DNA of 64,000 nucleotides, taken from the NCBI GenBank assembly GCA_964437665.1, contig CAYTHS010000002.1, forward strand, positions 315-64,314, read 5' to 3'. Positions 37,083 to 46,835 of the stretch are shown here, in pieces. The DNA is from an uncultured Oscillospiraceae bacterium. GTDB lineage: Bacteria; Bacillota; Clostridia; Christensenellales; CAG-138. The notes under the pieces were generated by a model. That model saw nothing but the letters and a program-made list of their open reading frames with translations, made no database searches and was not told the origin of the DNA. A program made the position numbers and the translations under genes. Position 1 is the first letter of the stretch. Each line of letters begins with the position of its first letter.

Positions 37083-37883
37083 ATGAGAAGAAGATCCATT
37101 CGCATTACGCCGCTGGGGTACATTGTGCTGAGCATCATCATATTGGTGATGCTGGTCGGCATCTACTTCATCGTTTGGTCGATGAGAAACTCCAAAGACG
37201 ACCCGCCCGCCGACAACACCGGCGATATCTCGGCGTCCATTACGCCGACGCCCTCTCTCGCGCCGGTCGATGCGCAGGCAACGGATTATGTTGAGCCGGA
37301 GAAAACACCGCAGATTACTGCGGAACCCGAGGAGACGGCCACCATGACGCCCAAACAGGACGATACGCCGGCGCCTGCGGTGAAGACGCCTAGTCCTGAG
37401 CAGGTGCAGTCCGCGCTGGACGGCACGCTCAATGCCAGCGGCGTCGTGCTCAGGGGCGGGCCCAGCCAGTCTTACGATATTCTGGGCAAATACTCATCCG
37501 GCACACAGCTTAAGGTTTATGAGGCGGACGGAGACTATTATTTCGTCAAGGTCGTCAAGGAGAACCTTTACGGTTATTTTGCGATCAAATTCGTCGATAA
37601 GGCGGGGCTGCTGCCCGGCGAATCCGCCACTCCGACGCCAAAAGCGATCGCCGGGACCATTCCGGGTACGGTTTCAGCCAGCAAGCTTGCGCTGAGGACG
37701 GTCCCAACCACGGAGGATAATACGCCGATCGGCGAAATTGTGAAGGGAGACGCTGTTTTGATCTACTTTAAAACCGGCGACTTCTATTATATACAGGTGG
37801 TCGACAGCGGCGTGAAGTGTTATGTAGCCGCAATATATGTTACGCCAAGCACTACGGTGCCGACGGGAACACCGGTACCGTAA
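37083..37883 (+). CDS. membrane-anchored protein with two bacterial SH3 domains
   Basis: 266 aa. N-terminal TM helix. Two GVVLRGGPS..Y.ILGKY..G..L.V...DGDYYFVKV-type SH3b segments. Confidence 0.8.
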   Translation: MRRRSIRITPLGYIVLSIIILVMLVGIYFIVWSMRNSKDDPPADNTGDISASITPTPSLAPVDAQATDYVEPEKTPQITAEPEETATMTPKQDDTPAPAVKTPSPEQVQSALDGTLNASGVVLRGGPSQSYDILGKYSSGTQLKVYEADGDYYFVKVVKENLYGYFAIKFVDKAGLLPGESATPTPKAIAGTIPGTVSASKLALRTVPTTEDNTPIGEIVKGDAVLIYFKTGDFYYIQVVDSGVKCYVAAIYVTPSTTVPTGTPVP

Positions 37884-37902
37884 CGAGAACGCAACGAACA
37901 AA

Positions 37903-37940
37903 CAGTCCCCGCGGACGTCTATTCCGCGGGGACTGTCTTT
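37903..37940 (+). terminator. rho-independent terminator
   Basis: CAGTCCCCGCGG-ACGTCTATT-CCGCGGGGACTG plus TCTTT. Confidence 0.8.
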
Positions 37941-38057
37941 GATTGCATGCAGGGGAATCGTAATACTCGATATCGATAACGGGCAGGGTATTGCGCATCC
38001 TGTGTACGCTGTTTTGGAGGGGTAAAGCAATGCGCCGAGCGCGATTTCCGCAGCGCT

Positions 38058-39593
38058 TTAATCGTTTCCGTTTCGTTTTCCTGCCGCAAGCAGGCCGATG
38101 ATTACAAAAACCAGCGGCGTGGACGCAGGCTGTGCGATGCTTACCACGGCCTGGGCTGCGTAGGCGGCGAGAGCGGCCGTGAATCCGCGTGCCACCGGAT
38201 CGGCGGCCTTGCGTATACCGGAACGCAGGGACGCTGTCAGCACGGTCAGATAAGCGATTAAGCCGGCCGCGCCGATGCTCAGCAGATAGTGCAGATATTC
38301 GTTATGTGCGGAATCGAGGGCGGCGTCCGTGAACAACTGGTTCTGCGCGTCCATATAGTATACGACGCCCGGACCGCCGCCGATAAGCTTCTGAACGGGA
38401 GAAAAAGAGGCGTACAGGCGCGCACACCAACTCCAGATTTTGCCGCGGTCGGTACCCCATGTGTCGCTCCAGCGCAGATATCGCTCCGCACCGCCGAGCG
38501 GCAGGTCCTTGAACGCCGTATTGATCAGAATGAGACCGAGTATAACGGCGAGGGCGGCGAGCAGCAGCATGATGATATAGGGCCTTTGAAAGCGTTGCAG
38601 CCGCTGCGTGGGCATGCGCCGGAGCGGAAGCGCCGCAGCGAAGCATACGAGCGTAAAAGCACCGGCAAAACCCGGCTGAACAAACGTAAAAGTGAACGAA
38701 GAGAGGTAGGTCGCGGAGGGCAGGCGCCTCCCGGCTAGGCCAAAGGCCAGTGCGTAGAGGGAGAACGCCGCCCAACCGAGGAAGAACCGGTGCATCCCGC
38801 GCGGATTGGCAAAAAGCGTGAGCGGGAGAAAAAGGGCGGCGGCAATCAGTCCCAGCGTGGCCGCATCGCTGCCCGCGACCAGTACGCCGAAAGAAACGGC
38901 GGCAAGCGCGGCGGCGGACAGCGCCTGCGCGCGTTTCGATCCCGCGCGGACAAAGCTGTTCAGCGCAACGGGAAACGCAATGCAGAAAAAACTGCCGTAG
39001 AAGTCGAGATTGCCGATCGTGGAAAGAAAACGTCCTTTATCGGAACTGGAAAGGTTGGCGGTAAATCCGAGCGGATCGACCCCGAAGTGGTTCAGCAGCC
39101 CGAGGATCCCGGTCAGGGCGCCTCCAAGAAGCAGTCCGGATTCCGCAGCGCGAAGGTCGGGCTTCTGTGTTGAAAGAACGAGGACGATTGCGGCGTACGT
39201 AAACGCGGTCAGAATACCCTGATAACGATTCTGTCCGCCAAAAAACGACGTTTCGGGGTGCGCGCTCAGCAAGCCTGCCGTCAGCATGCACAGGAAAAAA
39301 CACGCCGTTCCCCAAACGGCGGCGGGAATGCGCGGCTTTACGGCGGGAACGCCGCAGCCCCGGGGGAAAAGAATACGCGCAATCAGCAGCGCAAGCATAT
39401 ATGCAAAGCTTGCGATCAGGAAAAACGCCTGCTTGGTTTCCGTAATGTCGAAATACAGATGGTGGAAAACGAGCGGCAGTCCCAAAAACACAAGCCCCAG
39501 ATAGGCGTCTGTTAGTATCCGCGAAATCCGCGTATAGGAAGTTTTTCTTAGTATCGTTATCATAAAATGTGACCCTTTTATGAATTTTACCAT
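38058..39593 (-). CDS. O-antigen ligase/polymerase (Wzy_C) family membrane protein
   Basis: 511 aa, more than 10 predicted TM helices. Loop ...DSAHNEYLHYLLSIG... typical of the family. Exact start uncertain. Confidence 0.8.
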   Translation of the reverse strand: MVKFIKGSHFMITILRKTSYTRISRILTDAYLGLVFLGLPLVFHHLYFDITETKQAFFLIASFAYMLALLIARILFPRGCGVPAVKPRIPAAVWGTACFFLCMLTAGLLSAHPETSFFGGQNRYQGILTAFTYAAIVLVLSTQKPDLRAAESGLLLGGALTGILGLLNHFGVDPLGFTANLSSSDKGRFLSTIGNLDFYGSFFCIAFPVALNSFVRAGSKRAQALSAAALAAVSFGVLVAGSDAATLGLIAAALFLPLTLFANPRGMHRFFLGWAAFSLYALAFGLAGRRLPSATYLSSFTFTFVQPGFAGAFTLVCFAAALPLRRMPTQRLQRFQRPYIIMLLLAALAVILGLILINTAFKDLPLGGAERYLRWSDTWGTDRGKIWSWCARLYASFSPVQKLIGGGPGVVYYMDAQNQLFTDAALDSAHNEYLHYLLSIGAAGLIAYLTVLTASLRSGIRKAADPVARGFTAALAAYAAQAVVSIAQPASTPLVFVIIGLLAAGKRNGND

Positions 39594-39708
39594 AAATCAC
39601 ATGCTTTCGTTTGACAATTCCCATCGCAGGAGCTATCATTCATGTGTACTAACACATATAGTACACATAGTTCGATAGAATTGCAACAATAAATTTGGAG
39701 GTACTCAT

Positions 39709-39891
39709 ATGAAGAAATCGATCATCCTGCTGGCAATGGCGTTGCTCAGCGTTTTTGCGCTGACAGCCTGCAATCCCACAAAAGCGGCCTCCGACGGCAA
39801 CGCGCTTGCGTCGGGGGGCAATGCCTATGTATCCGGCGGCAACGCGGCATCCTATGTTATGCCGTTCGTTTCTTCCGGAAACGGAAACTAA
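39709..39891 (+). CDS. small lipoprotein (60 aa) with SGGNA repeats
   Basis: RBS GGAGG. Signal peptide plus lipobox LTAC. Followed by a terminator. Confidence 0.6.
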   Translation: MKKSIILLAMALLSVFALTACNPTKAASDGNALASGGNAYVSGGNAASYVMPFVSSGNGN

Positions 39892-39953
39892 GCGACTTTA
39901 CGCAATGGATCATAAAGGAGCGCGAATCGGAACGTTGGCTCCGGATGGAAAAA

Positions 39954-39973
39954 GCGGCGAAGGCCGCTTTTTC
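39954..39973 (+). terminator. rho-independent terminator
   Basis: GCGGC-GAAG-GCCGC plus TTTTTCT. Confidence 0.7.
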
Positions 39974-40057
39974 TGTTTGCCCAATATTCCGGTCGTTTGT
40001 ATGGCATATCCGTTCCGGCCGTTTTTTTGCATGAACATGCTGAACCGGAGACACGGA

Positions 40058-40984
40058 CTATTCCAGCAACATTTTATCCGGATATATTCCGCTGCGCGTC
40101 ATTTCGTTCAGCGCGCGCTCGATATCCGGCTTATCTTCGCGATAGGTCACGCCGTACCAGCGGTCCGGGGAAGAGAGCACGCGCACGTTTGCCCTGCCCG
40201 AGCGGAGCATATGCCCGACTTCCTGCGGAATGAGGAATTCGCCCTTGAGCGGGTTGCTTTCCATCGCTTCGGCAAGGAACTGCGGGAAACGCGCTTCCAA
40301 TTCACCGAATAGTCCCGGGGTGAAGCCGAAGAAGTTCATGGAAACGAGGTTGTCCGCCGGGAAGTGGACGAAGGTTTTGCCCTCGTCTTCCGTATAAGCG
40401 GGACCCTCGGGCGTTTTATAAATACGAAGACGCTCGACGATGTTGACCAACTCGCCCTTGCTGTTGACCTCGCAGACGCCCCGTGCAACATGACCGTTTT
40501 CGGTGAGCGTGTTTTTTGCAAGATAGCCGACCATCGAATAATCGTATTTTTCGCCGTCCTTTGCGGTCCGCAGATAGTCGTACAGGACGGAAAAGGCGTG
40601 CCGGCCATAAAAATCGTCCGCATTGATCGCGGCGAACGGCTCGTGGACAACGTCCCTGCAGCAATAGATGGCATGCGCCGTCCCCCAGGGCTTGACGCGT
40701 TCTTCCGGAACGGAGAATCCATCCGGCAGCATAGTATCGAGCTGCTGGAAGACATAGTGCACTTCCATGTGCTTTTCCGCGCGGCGGCCGATCACTTCGT
40801 AGAAATCCCGTTCGATCTTATGGTTGATGATGAATACGACCTTCTCAAAGCCCGCCTGCATCGCGTCGAACAGCGAATAATCCATGATGATTTCGCCGTG
40901 CCGCCCGACCGGGTCGATTTGCTTGAGTCCGCCGTAGCGGCTGCCCATACCGGCGGCCATGACGACAAGAGATGGTTTCTGCAT
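40058..40984 (-). CDS. sugar-1-phosphate nucleotidylyltransferase (NTP_transferase family, likely UDP-hexose forming)
   Basis: ATG at 40984 after AAAGGAG. VVMAAGMGSRYGGLKQ N-terminal motif. Adjacent to galE. The upstream 64 codons of the track ORF are rejected. Confidence 0.8.
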   Translation of the reverse strand: MQKPSLVVMAAGMGSRYGGLKQIDPVGRHGEIIMDYSLFDAMQAGFEKVVFIINHKIERDFYEVIGRRAEKHMEVHYVFQQLDTMLPDGFSVPEERVKPWGTAHAIYCCRDVVHEPFAAINADDFYGRHAFSVLYDYLRTAKDGEKYDYSMVGYLAKNTLTENGHVARGVCEVNSKGELVNIVERLRIYKTPEGPAYTEDEGKTFVHFPADNLVSMNFFGFTPGLFGELEARFPQFLAEAMESNPLKGEFLIPQEVGHMLRSGRANVRVLSSPDRWYGVTYREDKPDIERALNEMTRSGIYPDKMLLE

Positions 40985-41052
40985 CAAAAAAACTCCTTTT
41001 AATATTATTGCAGGATGCACCGGCGGTTTGCCGGCAGTGCCGGGGAATGCGG

Positions 41053-42066
41053 TCAATCCTCGTAGCCGTTCGGGTTGAGCGACTGCCAGCGCCAGGCGTC
41101 CTCGCACATCCGCGCAATGCCGAATTCCGCGCGCCAACTTAGTTCTTTTTCGGCTTTGGACGGGTCGGCATAGCACTCGGCAATGTCGCCGGGCCGACGG
41201 GCCGTGATTTCGTAAGGAAGCGTTTTGTTGCAGGCGGCGTTAAACGCGCGCAGCACCTCCAGCACCGAATAACCAACGCCGGTGCCGAGATTGTAAACAA
41301 AAACGCCTTTGCCGCTCTCCATTTTTTTCAGCGCGCAAACATGTCCCTTTGCCAGATCGACGACATGAATATAATCCCGCACGCCCGTTCCGTCGCGCGT
41401 GGGGTAGTCCCCGCCGAATACGTGCAGCGCGGGCAGCTTTCCGACGGCAACCTGTGTGATATATGGCATGAGGTTGTTTGGGATACCGCTGGGATCCTCG
41501 CCGATTTTCCCGGACGGATGCGCGCCCACAGGGTTGAAATAACGAAGCAGCGCAACGCTGAGATTGGGGTCGGCGGCGGCAGCGTCCCTCAGGATTTGTT
41601 CGATCATGAGCTTGGTGTGCCCGTAGGGGTTTGTAGGCTTGAGCGGCGCTTCTTCGCGGATCGGAACGATTTCCGGGTCGCCGTAGACCGTGGCGCTGGA
41701 GGAGAAAACGAAGCGTTTTACGCCGTGTCTGCGCATGGCAAACAGCAGGTTCAGCGTGGAGGACAGATTGTTATGATAATATGCCAGCGGCTCCTTAACG
41801 CTTTGACCGACGGCCTTGAGGCCGGCAAAATGAATCACGGCGTCGATGCGATTTTCGGCGAACAGGTCCGTTACGGCCTGTGCGTCGGTTAGTTCGCATT
41901 CCGCGAAAGTAAACGGCTTTGGCGCGAGCTCCTGCAGCCGCCGGATTACGGCAGGTTTGGAATTGCAGAAATTATCGGCGGCGAGTACGTCGTACCCCGC
42001 GTCGAGCAACTCCAAAACGGTGTGGCTGCCGATGTAGCCTGCGCCGCCGGTGACAAGAATCCGCAT
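41053..42066 (-). CDS. galE: UDP-glucose 4-epimerase
   Basis: MRILVTGGAGYIGSH start at 42066 after GGAAGGAAA. YGHTK catalytic motif. 337 aa. Confidence 0.9.
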   Translation of the reverse strand: MRILVTGGAGYIGSHTVLELLDAGYDVLAADNFCNSKPAVIRRLQELAPKPFTFAECELTDAQAVTDLFAENRIDAVIHFAGLKAVGQSVKEPLAYYHNNLSSTLNLLFAMRRHGVKRFVFSSSATVYGDPEIVPIREEAPLKPTNPYGHTKLMIEQILRDAAAADPNLSVALLRYFNPVGAHPSGKIGEDPSGIPNNLMPYITQVAVGKLPALHVFGGDYPTRDGTGVRDYIHVVDLAKGHVCALKKMESGKGVFVYNLGTGVGYSVLEVLRAFNAACNKTLPYEITARRPGDIAECYADPSKAEKELSWRAEFGIARMCEDAWRWQSLNPNGYED

Positions 42067-42354
42067 AATAAATTTTCCTTCCCATCTATTCAGCATAACT
42101 GGGGCCCGACCTCCGGCCGACGCGACCGCGAACCCAGTGCGGCAGGCCGTACGGTTTCGCACCTCTATTATAGGCGTGCGGCCGCTCGACTGTCAAAGAC
42201 GTTATTAAATATATGAAAATCGATAAAAATATACGGATTTACACCGTTTTGGTGCATTTTTAGCTTTCCTAAATATTCTTGCTATGTTATAATTTTACGT
42301 GGTCTGAAATGACATACCATGAGGGTTCCAGAACCCAAACCGAGGAGGAAGAAT

Positions 42355-42849
42355 ATGGCAAAGCAGAAGACTGTGGTACCGTTCCACGGGACACAGGAAC
42401 AGGAAAAACAGCTCAGGAAAATAATCGCGGAAAACAAGGATATGCCGGGCGCACTGATGCCGATTCTGCAGCAGGCGCAGGAGCTTTACGGCTATCTGCC
42501 CATCGAGGTGCAGACCATTATCGCCGAAGGCCTAAATATCTCTCTTGAGGAAGTGTATCAGGTCGTTACGTTCTACGCGCAGTTTTCGCTGAATCCGACC
42601 GGCAAGCACCGCATAGCGGTTTGTCTCGGTACGGCTTGCTATGTCAAGGGATCCCAGAATATATTGGAAGAGTTGGAAAAACAGCTTGGCGTCAAGGCCG
42701 GAAGCACCACGCCCGACGGCGTGTTCACGCTGGAAGCGACCCGCTGCCTCGGCTGCTGCGGCCTCGCGCCGGTCATCGTTGTGGACGACGAAGTCTACGG
42801 CCGCCTCGTGCCCGCGGACATCAAGGGTATCTTAGCAAAATATAACTGA
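42355..42849 (+). CDS. hydC: NuoE-like [2Fe-2S] subunit of NAD(P)H-dependent [FeFe] hydrogenase (HydC/HndA type)
   Basis: ATG at 42355 after GAGGAGGA. ...CLGTACYVKG...CLGCCGLAP thioredoxin-like 2Fe-2S motif. Confidence 0.85.
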   Translation: MAKQKTVVPFHGTQEQEKQLRKIIAENKDMPGALMPILQQAQELYGYLPIEVQTIIAEGLNISLEEVYQVVTFYAQFSLNPTGKHRIAVCLGTACYVKGSQNILEELEKQLGVKAGSTTPDGVFTLEATRCLGCCGLAPVIVVDDEVYGRLVPADIKGILAKYN

Positions 42850-42887
42850 ACCGACCGCCCAAGTTTGTTGCGAAGGGACGGAGACCG

Positions 42888-43232
42888 ATGAAAATACGCC
42901 AGATCGCGAACCTGCTGGACGCCGAAGTGCTTTACGGCGGAACGCTGCTTGACGAAGAGGTACACAGCGCCTGCGGAAGCGACATGATGAGCGACGTGCT
43001 CGCCTATGTGAAGGACCAGGCGGTCCTGATTACGGGGCTTGTCAATCCGCAGGTCGTGCGCACGGCCATGATGATGGATATGCGCTGTATCGTGTTTGTG
43101 CGGGGGAAACGCCCGTCGCCGGAGATTGTCGCGCTGGCAGGCGAGAACCATATCGCCGTGCTGGTAAGCTGCTACCGTATGTATGAAGCCTGCGGGAAGC
43201 TTTTTGCAAACGGCCTTGGGAACGAGGCCTGA
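42888..43232 (+). CDS. DRTGG domain protein
   Basis: 114 aa. ...SDMMSDVLAY...VLITGL...IVFVRGK... pattern as I recall for DRTGG proteins. Confidence 0.7.
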   Translation: MKIRQIANLLDAEVLYGGTLLDEEVHSACGSDMMSDVLAYVKDQAVLITGLVNPQVVRTAMMMDMRCIVFVRGKRPSPEIVALAGENHIAVLVSCYRMYEACGKLFANGLGNEA

Positions 43233-43237
43233 GCGCG

Positions 43238-43663
43238 ATGGCGGAAACACTGCAGTTCCATTACGACGTGGACGGCGATAATTTTACTTCCGCCGGCGCC
43301 GCGTCTGTTGAAGTCAAACACAAGCTGCGTCAGCTCGGCTTTCCGGCGGAAACGATCCGCCGCGTATCTATTGCAATGTACGAAGGCGAAATCAATATGG
43401 TCGTACATGCGCGCGGCGGTGCTGCGGACGTACGCGTGGAGCCGAATTGTATCACGATTATCCTGGCCGACCGCGGGCCGGGCATCGCGGACGTTGATCT
43501 TGCCATGCAGGAAGGGTATTCCACAGCGCCGGACAACATCCGTGCGCTGGGATTCGGAGCGGGGATGGGCCTGCCGAACATGAAGCGCTATACGGACGAA
43601 ATGAAGATCGACACAGAAATCGGCAAAGGCACGACGGTCACAATGAAGGTTCACGTTTCTTAA
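43238..43663 (+). CDS. RsbW/SpoIIAB-like GHKL ATP-binding protein (anti-sigma-type Ser kinase fold)
   Basis: 141 aa. DRGPGI and GFGAGMGLPNM G-boxes. Confidence 0.75.
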   Translation: MAETLQFHYDVDGDNFTSAGAASVEVKHKLRQLGFPAETIRRVSIAMYEGEINMVVHARGGAADVRVEPNCITIILADRGPGIADVDLAMQEGYSTAPDNIRALGFGAGMGLPNMKRYTDEMKIDTEIGKGTTVTMKVHVS

Positions 43664-43781
43664 GAAAAGGCCGCGCAAAGCGCGGGGCAACGCCGTTTAC
43701 CGGCGCGCCGGACATAAGCGCCCCGAAAAACGCCTGGAATACAGACGCAAAGGGGAGCGCGGAAAGGCGAATCTACCGGTT

Positions 43782-45125
43782 ATGGATCAATACAAGCATT
43801 CGGTCTCGCTGGACATCGATAAATGCAAAGGCTGCACCAACTGCCTGAAACGGTGCCCGACGGAGGCGATCCGCATCCGGGACGGTCATGCTGTCATCAA
43901 TTCTGACGTGTGTATCGACTGCGGCGAATGCATCCGGCGCTGCCCGTATCAGGCAAAAAAGGCGAACTTTGATAAATTTGAAGAGATCGACCCGAAGAAA
44001 TACCGCATCGCGCTGCCTGCGCCTTCATTTTACGGGCAGTTTGGCGAACTCGACGATGTGGACTACGTGCTGCAAGGGCTGCTCGACGTTGGTTTCGACG
44101 ATGTGTTCGAAGTGGCGCGCGCTGCGGAAATCGTAACGGAATACACGCGCCGGTATCTCAAGCGTGCGGACGTGCGCTATCCGGTGATCAATTCCGCCTG
44201 CCCCGTCGTGGTGCGCCTTATCACGCTGCGCTTTCCCTATTTGTGCGACCACGTGATTCCCATGATGCCGCCGATCGAGGTCGCCGGACGGCTGGCACGC
44301 GAAGAAGCGCTGAAAAAGCATCCGGAACTCAAGCCGGAGGATCTGGCCGTCGTGTTCATATCGCCCTGCCCGGCAAAGGCGAGCTATGTGAAAAACGGTT
44401 TTATGGGGCAGAAGAGCTATGTGGACTATGTGGTCTCCATCAGCGATATGTATTTTAAGCTCATCGGCGTGATGAAAAAGGGCGAAACGCCGAAAGCGTA
44501 TTCTCAGAGCGGTATGATCGGTATGAGCTGGGCGAGTACCGGAGGAGAGGCAAGCGCCCTGTTCAACGACCGCTATCTTGCCGCGGACGGCATCGAAAAC
44601 GTCATTAAGGTACTCGACGAAATCGAAACGGGGCATTTTCCGCTGCTTCGGTTCGTGGAGCTTAACGCCTGTCCCGGCGGTTGCGTGGGCGGGGTTGCAA
44701 CCGTGGAAAACCCCTATATCGCGCGGGTTCGGATGCAGGCGCTGCGCCGGTATCTGCCGGTGTCGCAGAACCGTCTGCCGAAGAAGAACCCGGACGATCT
44801 GCCGAAGGAAATGCTCTTTTCGCATGAGTTGGAATATCTTCCCGTCGGCAAGCTGGCCGAGGACCGTACGACGGCCATGCAGAAGATGAGCGAGATCGAC
44901 GAACTGACGGAGTCGCTGCCCGCGCTGGACTGCGGGTCCTGCGGTGCGCCGACCTGCCGTGCGTTTGCCGAGGACGTCGTGCTCGGCGGACGGAGCGTGG
45001 ACGAGTGCATCGTTTACATGCGCGAACGCATCCACGAACTGGCGGACCAGCCGCCGGACGGACAGGACCCGACGGAGCAGCCGGAAACGGAAGCGAAAGA
45101 AGGACCGGAGGAGAAGCCCAAATGA
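43782..45125 (+). CDS. [FeFe]-hydrogenase-like protein, putative sensory type (2x[4Fe-4S] ferredoxin domain, H-domain, C-terminal Cys-rich Fe-S domain)
   Basis: 447 aa. CKGCTNCLKRCP and CIDCGECIRRCP. H-domain motifs read NSACPVV, SPCPAK and NACPGGCVGG. C-terminal CGSCGAPTC. Confidence 0.8.
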   Translation: MDQYKHSVSLDIDKCKGCTNCLKRCPTEAIRIRDGHAVINSDVCIDCGECIRRCPYQAKKANFDKFEEIDPKKYRIALPAPSFYGQFGELDDVDYVLQGLLDVGFDDVFEVARAAEIVTEYTRRYLKRADVRYPVINSACPVVVRLITLRFPYLCDHVIPMMPPIEVAGRLAREEALKKHPELKPEDLAVVFISPCPAKASYVKNGFMGQKSYVDYVVSISDMYFKLIGVMKKGETPKAYSQSGMIGMSWASTGGEASALFNDRYLAADGIENVIKVLDEIETGHFPLLRFVELNACPGGCVGGVATVENPYIARVRMQALRRYLPVSQNRLPKKNPDDLPKEMLFSHELEYLPVGKLAEDRTTAMQKMSEIDELTESLPALDCGSCGAPTCRAFAEDVVLGGRSVDECIVYMRERIHELADQPPDGQDPTEQPETEAKEGPEEKPK

Positions 45126-45448
45126 TCGTGAGCGAACTGACCGGCGCGCTGAAGCTGACGCCTTTCTCTGTACCAAACGGGGAACGGACGGTCGGCGGCG
45201 GCTATACGGGCGACCTGCTCAGCTGGGTCATGGGACGCGCGAATACGGGCGACGCATGGGTGACGATCATGAGCAACGCCAATATTGTTGCGGTGGCGTC
45301 GCTTGCCGACGTAAGCTGTATTGTTTTAGCGGAAGGCGTCAAGCCCGACGCGGGCGTTGCCGAACTGGCCGAGCAGAAAGGTGTAAACATTCTCGGCGGC
45401 GAGGAATCCGCCTTTACGCTCTGCGCCGGAATTGCGCGGCTGTTATGA
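45122..45448 (+). CDS. DRTGG domain protein (second copy)
   Basis: 108 aa. ATG overlaps the previous stop. Confidence 0.7.
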   Translation: MIVSELTGALKLTPFSVPNGERTVGGGYTGDLLSWVMGRANTGDAWVTIMSNANIVAVASLADVSCIVLAEGVKPDAGVAELAEQKGVNILGGEESAFTLCAGIARLL

Positions 45449-46182
45449 GCCGGTTTTCCTGCGATCTGCATATCCATTCGTGCCTGTCGCCCTGCGGGGA
45501 CGACGACATGACCCCGCATTCGATCGCGGGAATGGCCAAGCTCAACGCGCTGCAGATTACGGCGCTGACCGATCATAACGCATGCGGCAACTGTGCGGTA
45601 TTTTTCCGGGCTTGCAGGAAGTATGGCATTGTCCCGGTACCCGGTATGGAGCTTACAACGAGCGAGGACGTGCATTTGCTTTGTTTGTTCCGTTCGCTGG
45701 AGGACGCGCTTGGCTTTGCCGCGGAAGTGGAGGAAAAGCGCGTGCGTTTTCCGAACCGGGCGAGCGTTTTCGGCAGACAGATGCTGATTGGCGACGAAGA
45801 CGAAGTTCTGGGCGAGGAAGCGGATTTGCTGATCAACGCGACAAAGCTTTCCATCGGGCAGGCGGCGGCGCTTGTCAGGACGTTTCAGGGCGCGCCCGTT
45901 CCGGCGCATGTTGACCGCGAAAGCAACGGCATAATTGCCGTGCTGGGCGATTTGCCGGAACAGCCGGCGTTCGCGGCGGTGGAGTATCGTGAGAAAGCCA
46001 ACATCTCGGCGTTCGGAGCCCGTTATCCGCGGCTTAGGAAGAAGCGAAAGATCGTTTCCTCGGACGCACACCGCCTCTGGGAGATTGCCGATCCGGGATG
46101 CGAGATCGAGCTGGCCTGTGAAAAAAACGCGGGCGAGGAGACGGTCCGCGGAGCGCTGATTGATTATTTAACGGGGATGTGA
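45445..46182 (+). CDS. PHP-domain metal-dependent phosphoesterase
   Basis: 245 aa. N-terminal CDLHIHSCLSPCGD and TDHN motifs. Confidence 0.75.
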   Translation: MSRFSCDLHIHSCLSPCGDDDMTPHSIAGMAKLNALQITALTDHNACGNCAVFFRACRKYGIVPVPGMELTTSEDVHLLCLFRSLEDALGFAAEVEEKRVRFPNRASVFGRQMLIGDEDEVLGEEADLLINATKLSIGQAAALVRTFQGAPVPAHVDRESNGIIAVLGDLPEQPAFAAVEYREKANISAFGARYPRLRKKRKIVSSDAHRLWEIADPGCEIELACEKNAGEETVRGALIDYLTGM

Positions 46183-46202
46183 GGCGGAGGGCAGGCGCTA
46201 TT

Positions 46203-46760
46203 ATGAAGGAACTTTCGCTCAACATTTTGGATATTGCGCAGAATTCCGTGAAAGCGGGCGCGAAGCACCTTGAAATCTTACTGGAACAGACGGGAGCGGT
46301 CCTGCGTATCACCATTACGGACGACGGTACGGGTATGAGCCCGGCTTTTGCCGCGGCGGCGGCCGACCCCTTTACCACGACAAGAACTACGCGAAAGGTC
46401 GGCATGGGCCTGCCGCTATTCAGACTGGCTGCGGAGCAAACCGGCGGGACATTTTCGATCGAATCCCGTCAGGCCGGGGAATCCGGTGGGGCGCACGGGA
46501 CGTGCGTCTGCGCGGCGTTTCACACCGAACACGTGGACTGTGCGCCGCTTGGCGACGTGGCGTCCACGCTGGTTACGCTGATACAGGGCAGCCCCGAATT
46601 GGACCTGACGTATCTTTACCGATCGGAATCGGGAGAAAAGCGCCTTTCCACCACGGAGATGCGCGAAATACTCGGCGGCGTGCCGTTGAATTCCCCGGAG
46701 GTTCTCTCCTGGGTAAACGAGTTTATCGGCGACGGGAAACCGGAGCAGGACAGGAAATAA
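46203..46760 (+). CDS. GHKL-type ATP-binding protein (histidine-kinase-like ATPase domain only)
   Basis: 185 aa. NILDIAQNS N-box, DDGTGM G1 box, GMGLPL G2 box. No HisKA or sensor domain. Confidence 0.75.
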   Translation: MKELSLNILDIAQNSVKAGAKHLEILLEQTGAVLRITITDDGTGMSPAFAAAAADPFTTTRTTRKVGMGLPLFRLAAEQTGGTFSIESRQAGESGGAHGTCVCAAFHTEHVDCAPLGDVASTLVTLIQGSPELDLTYLYRSESGEKRLSTTEMREILGGVPLNSPEVLSWVNEFIGDGKPEQDRK

Positions 46761-46835
46761 AACAAGATATGACATCTGTATCGCATTATGGCAGTTTAGA
46801 ATACACACTCTTACAATGAGGAAAGGACGAGGAAC

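Noticed and set aside
41053-42162. Extended N-termini of the galE and nucleotidyltransferase track ORFs (starts at 42162 and 41176)
   Set aside because: Internal ATGs at 42066 and 40984 have strong RBSs and begin the canonical family N-termini (MRILVTGGAGYIGSH and the GMGSRYGG loop). The extensions are Arg/Ala-rich and overlap the neighbouring gene or promoter DNA.
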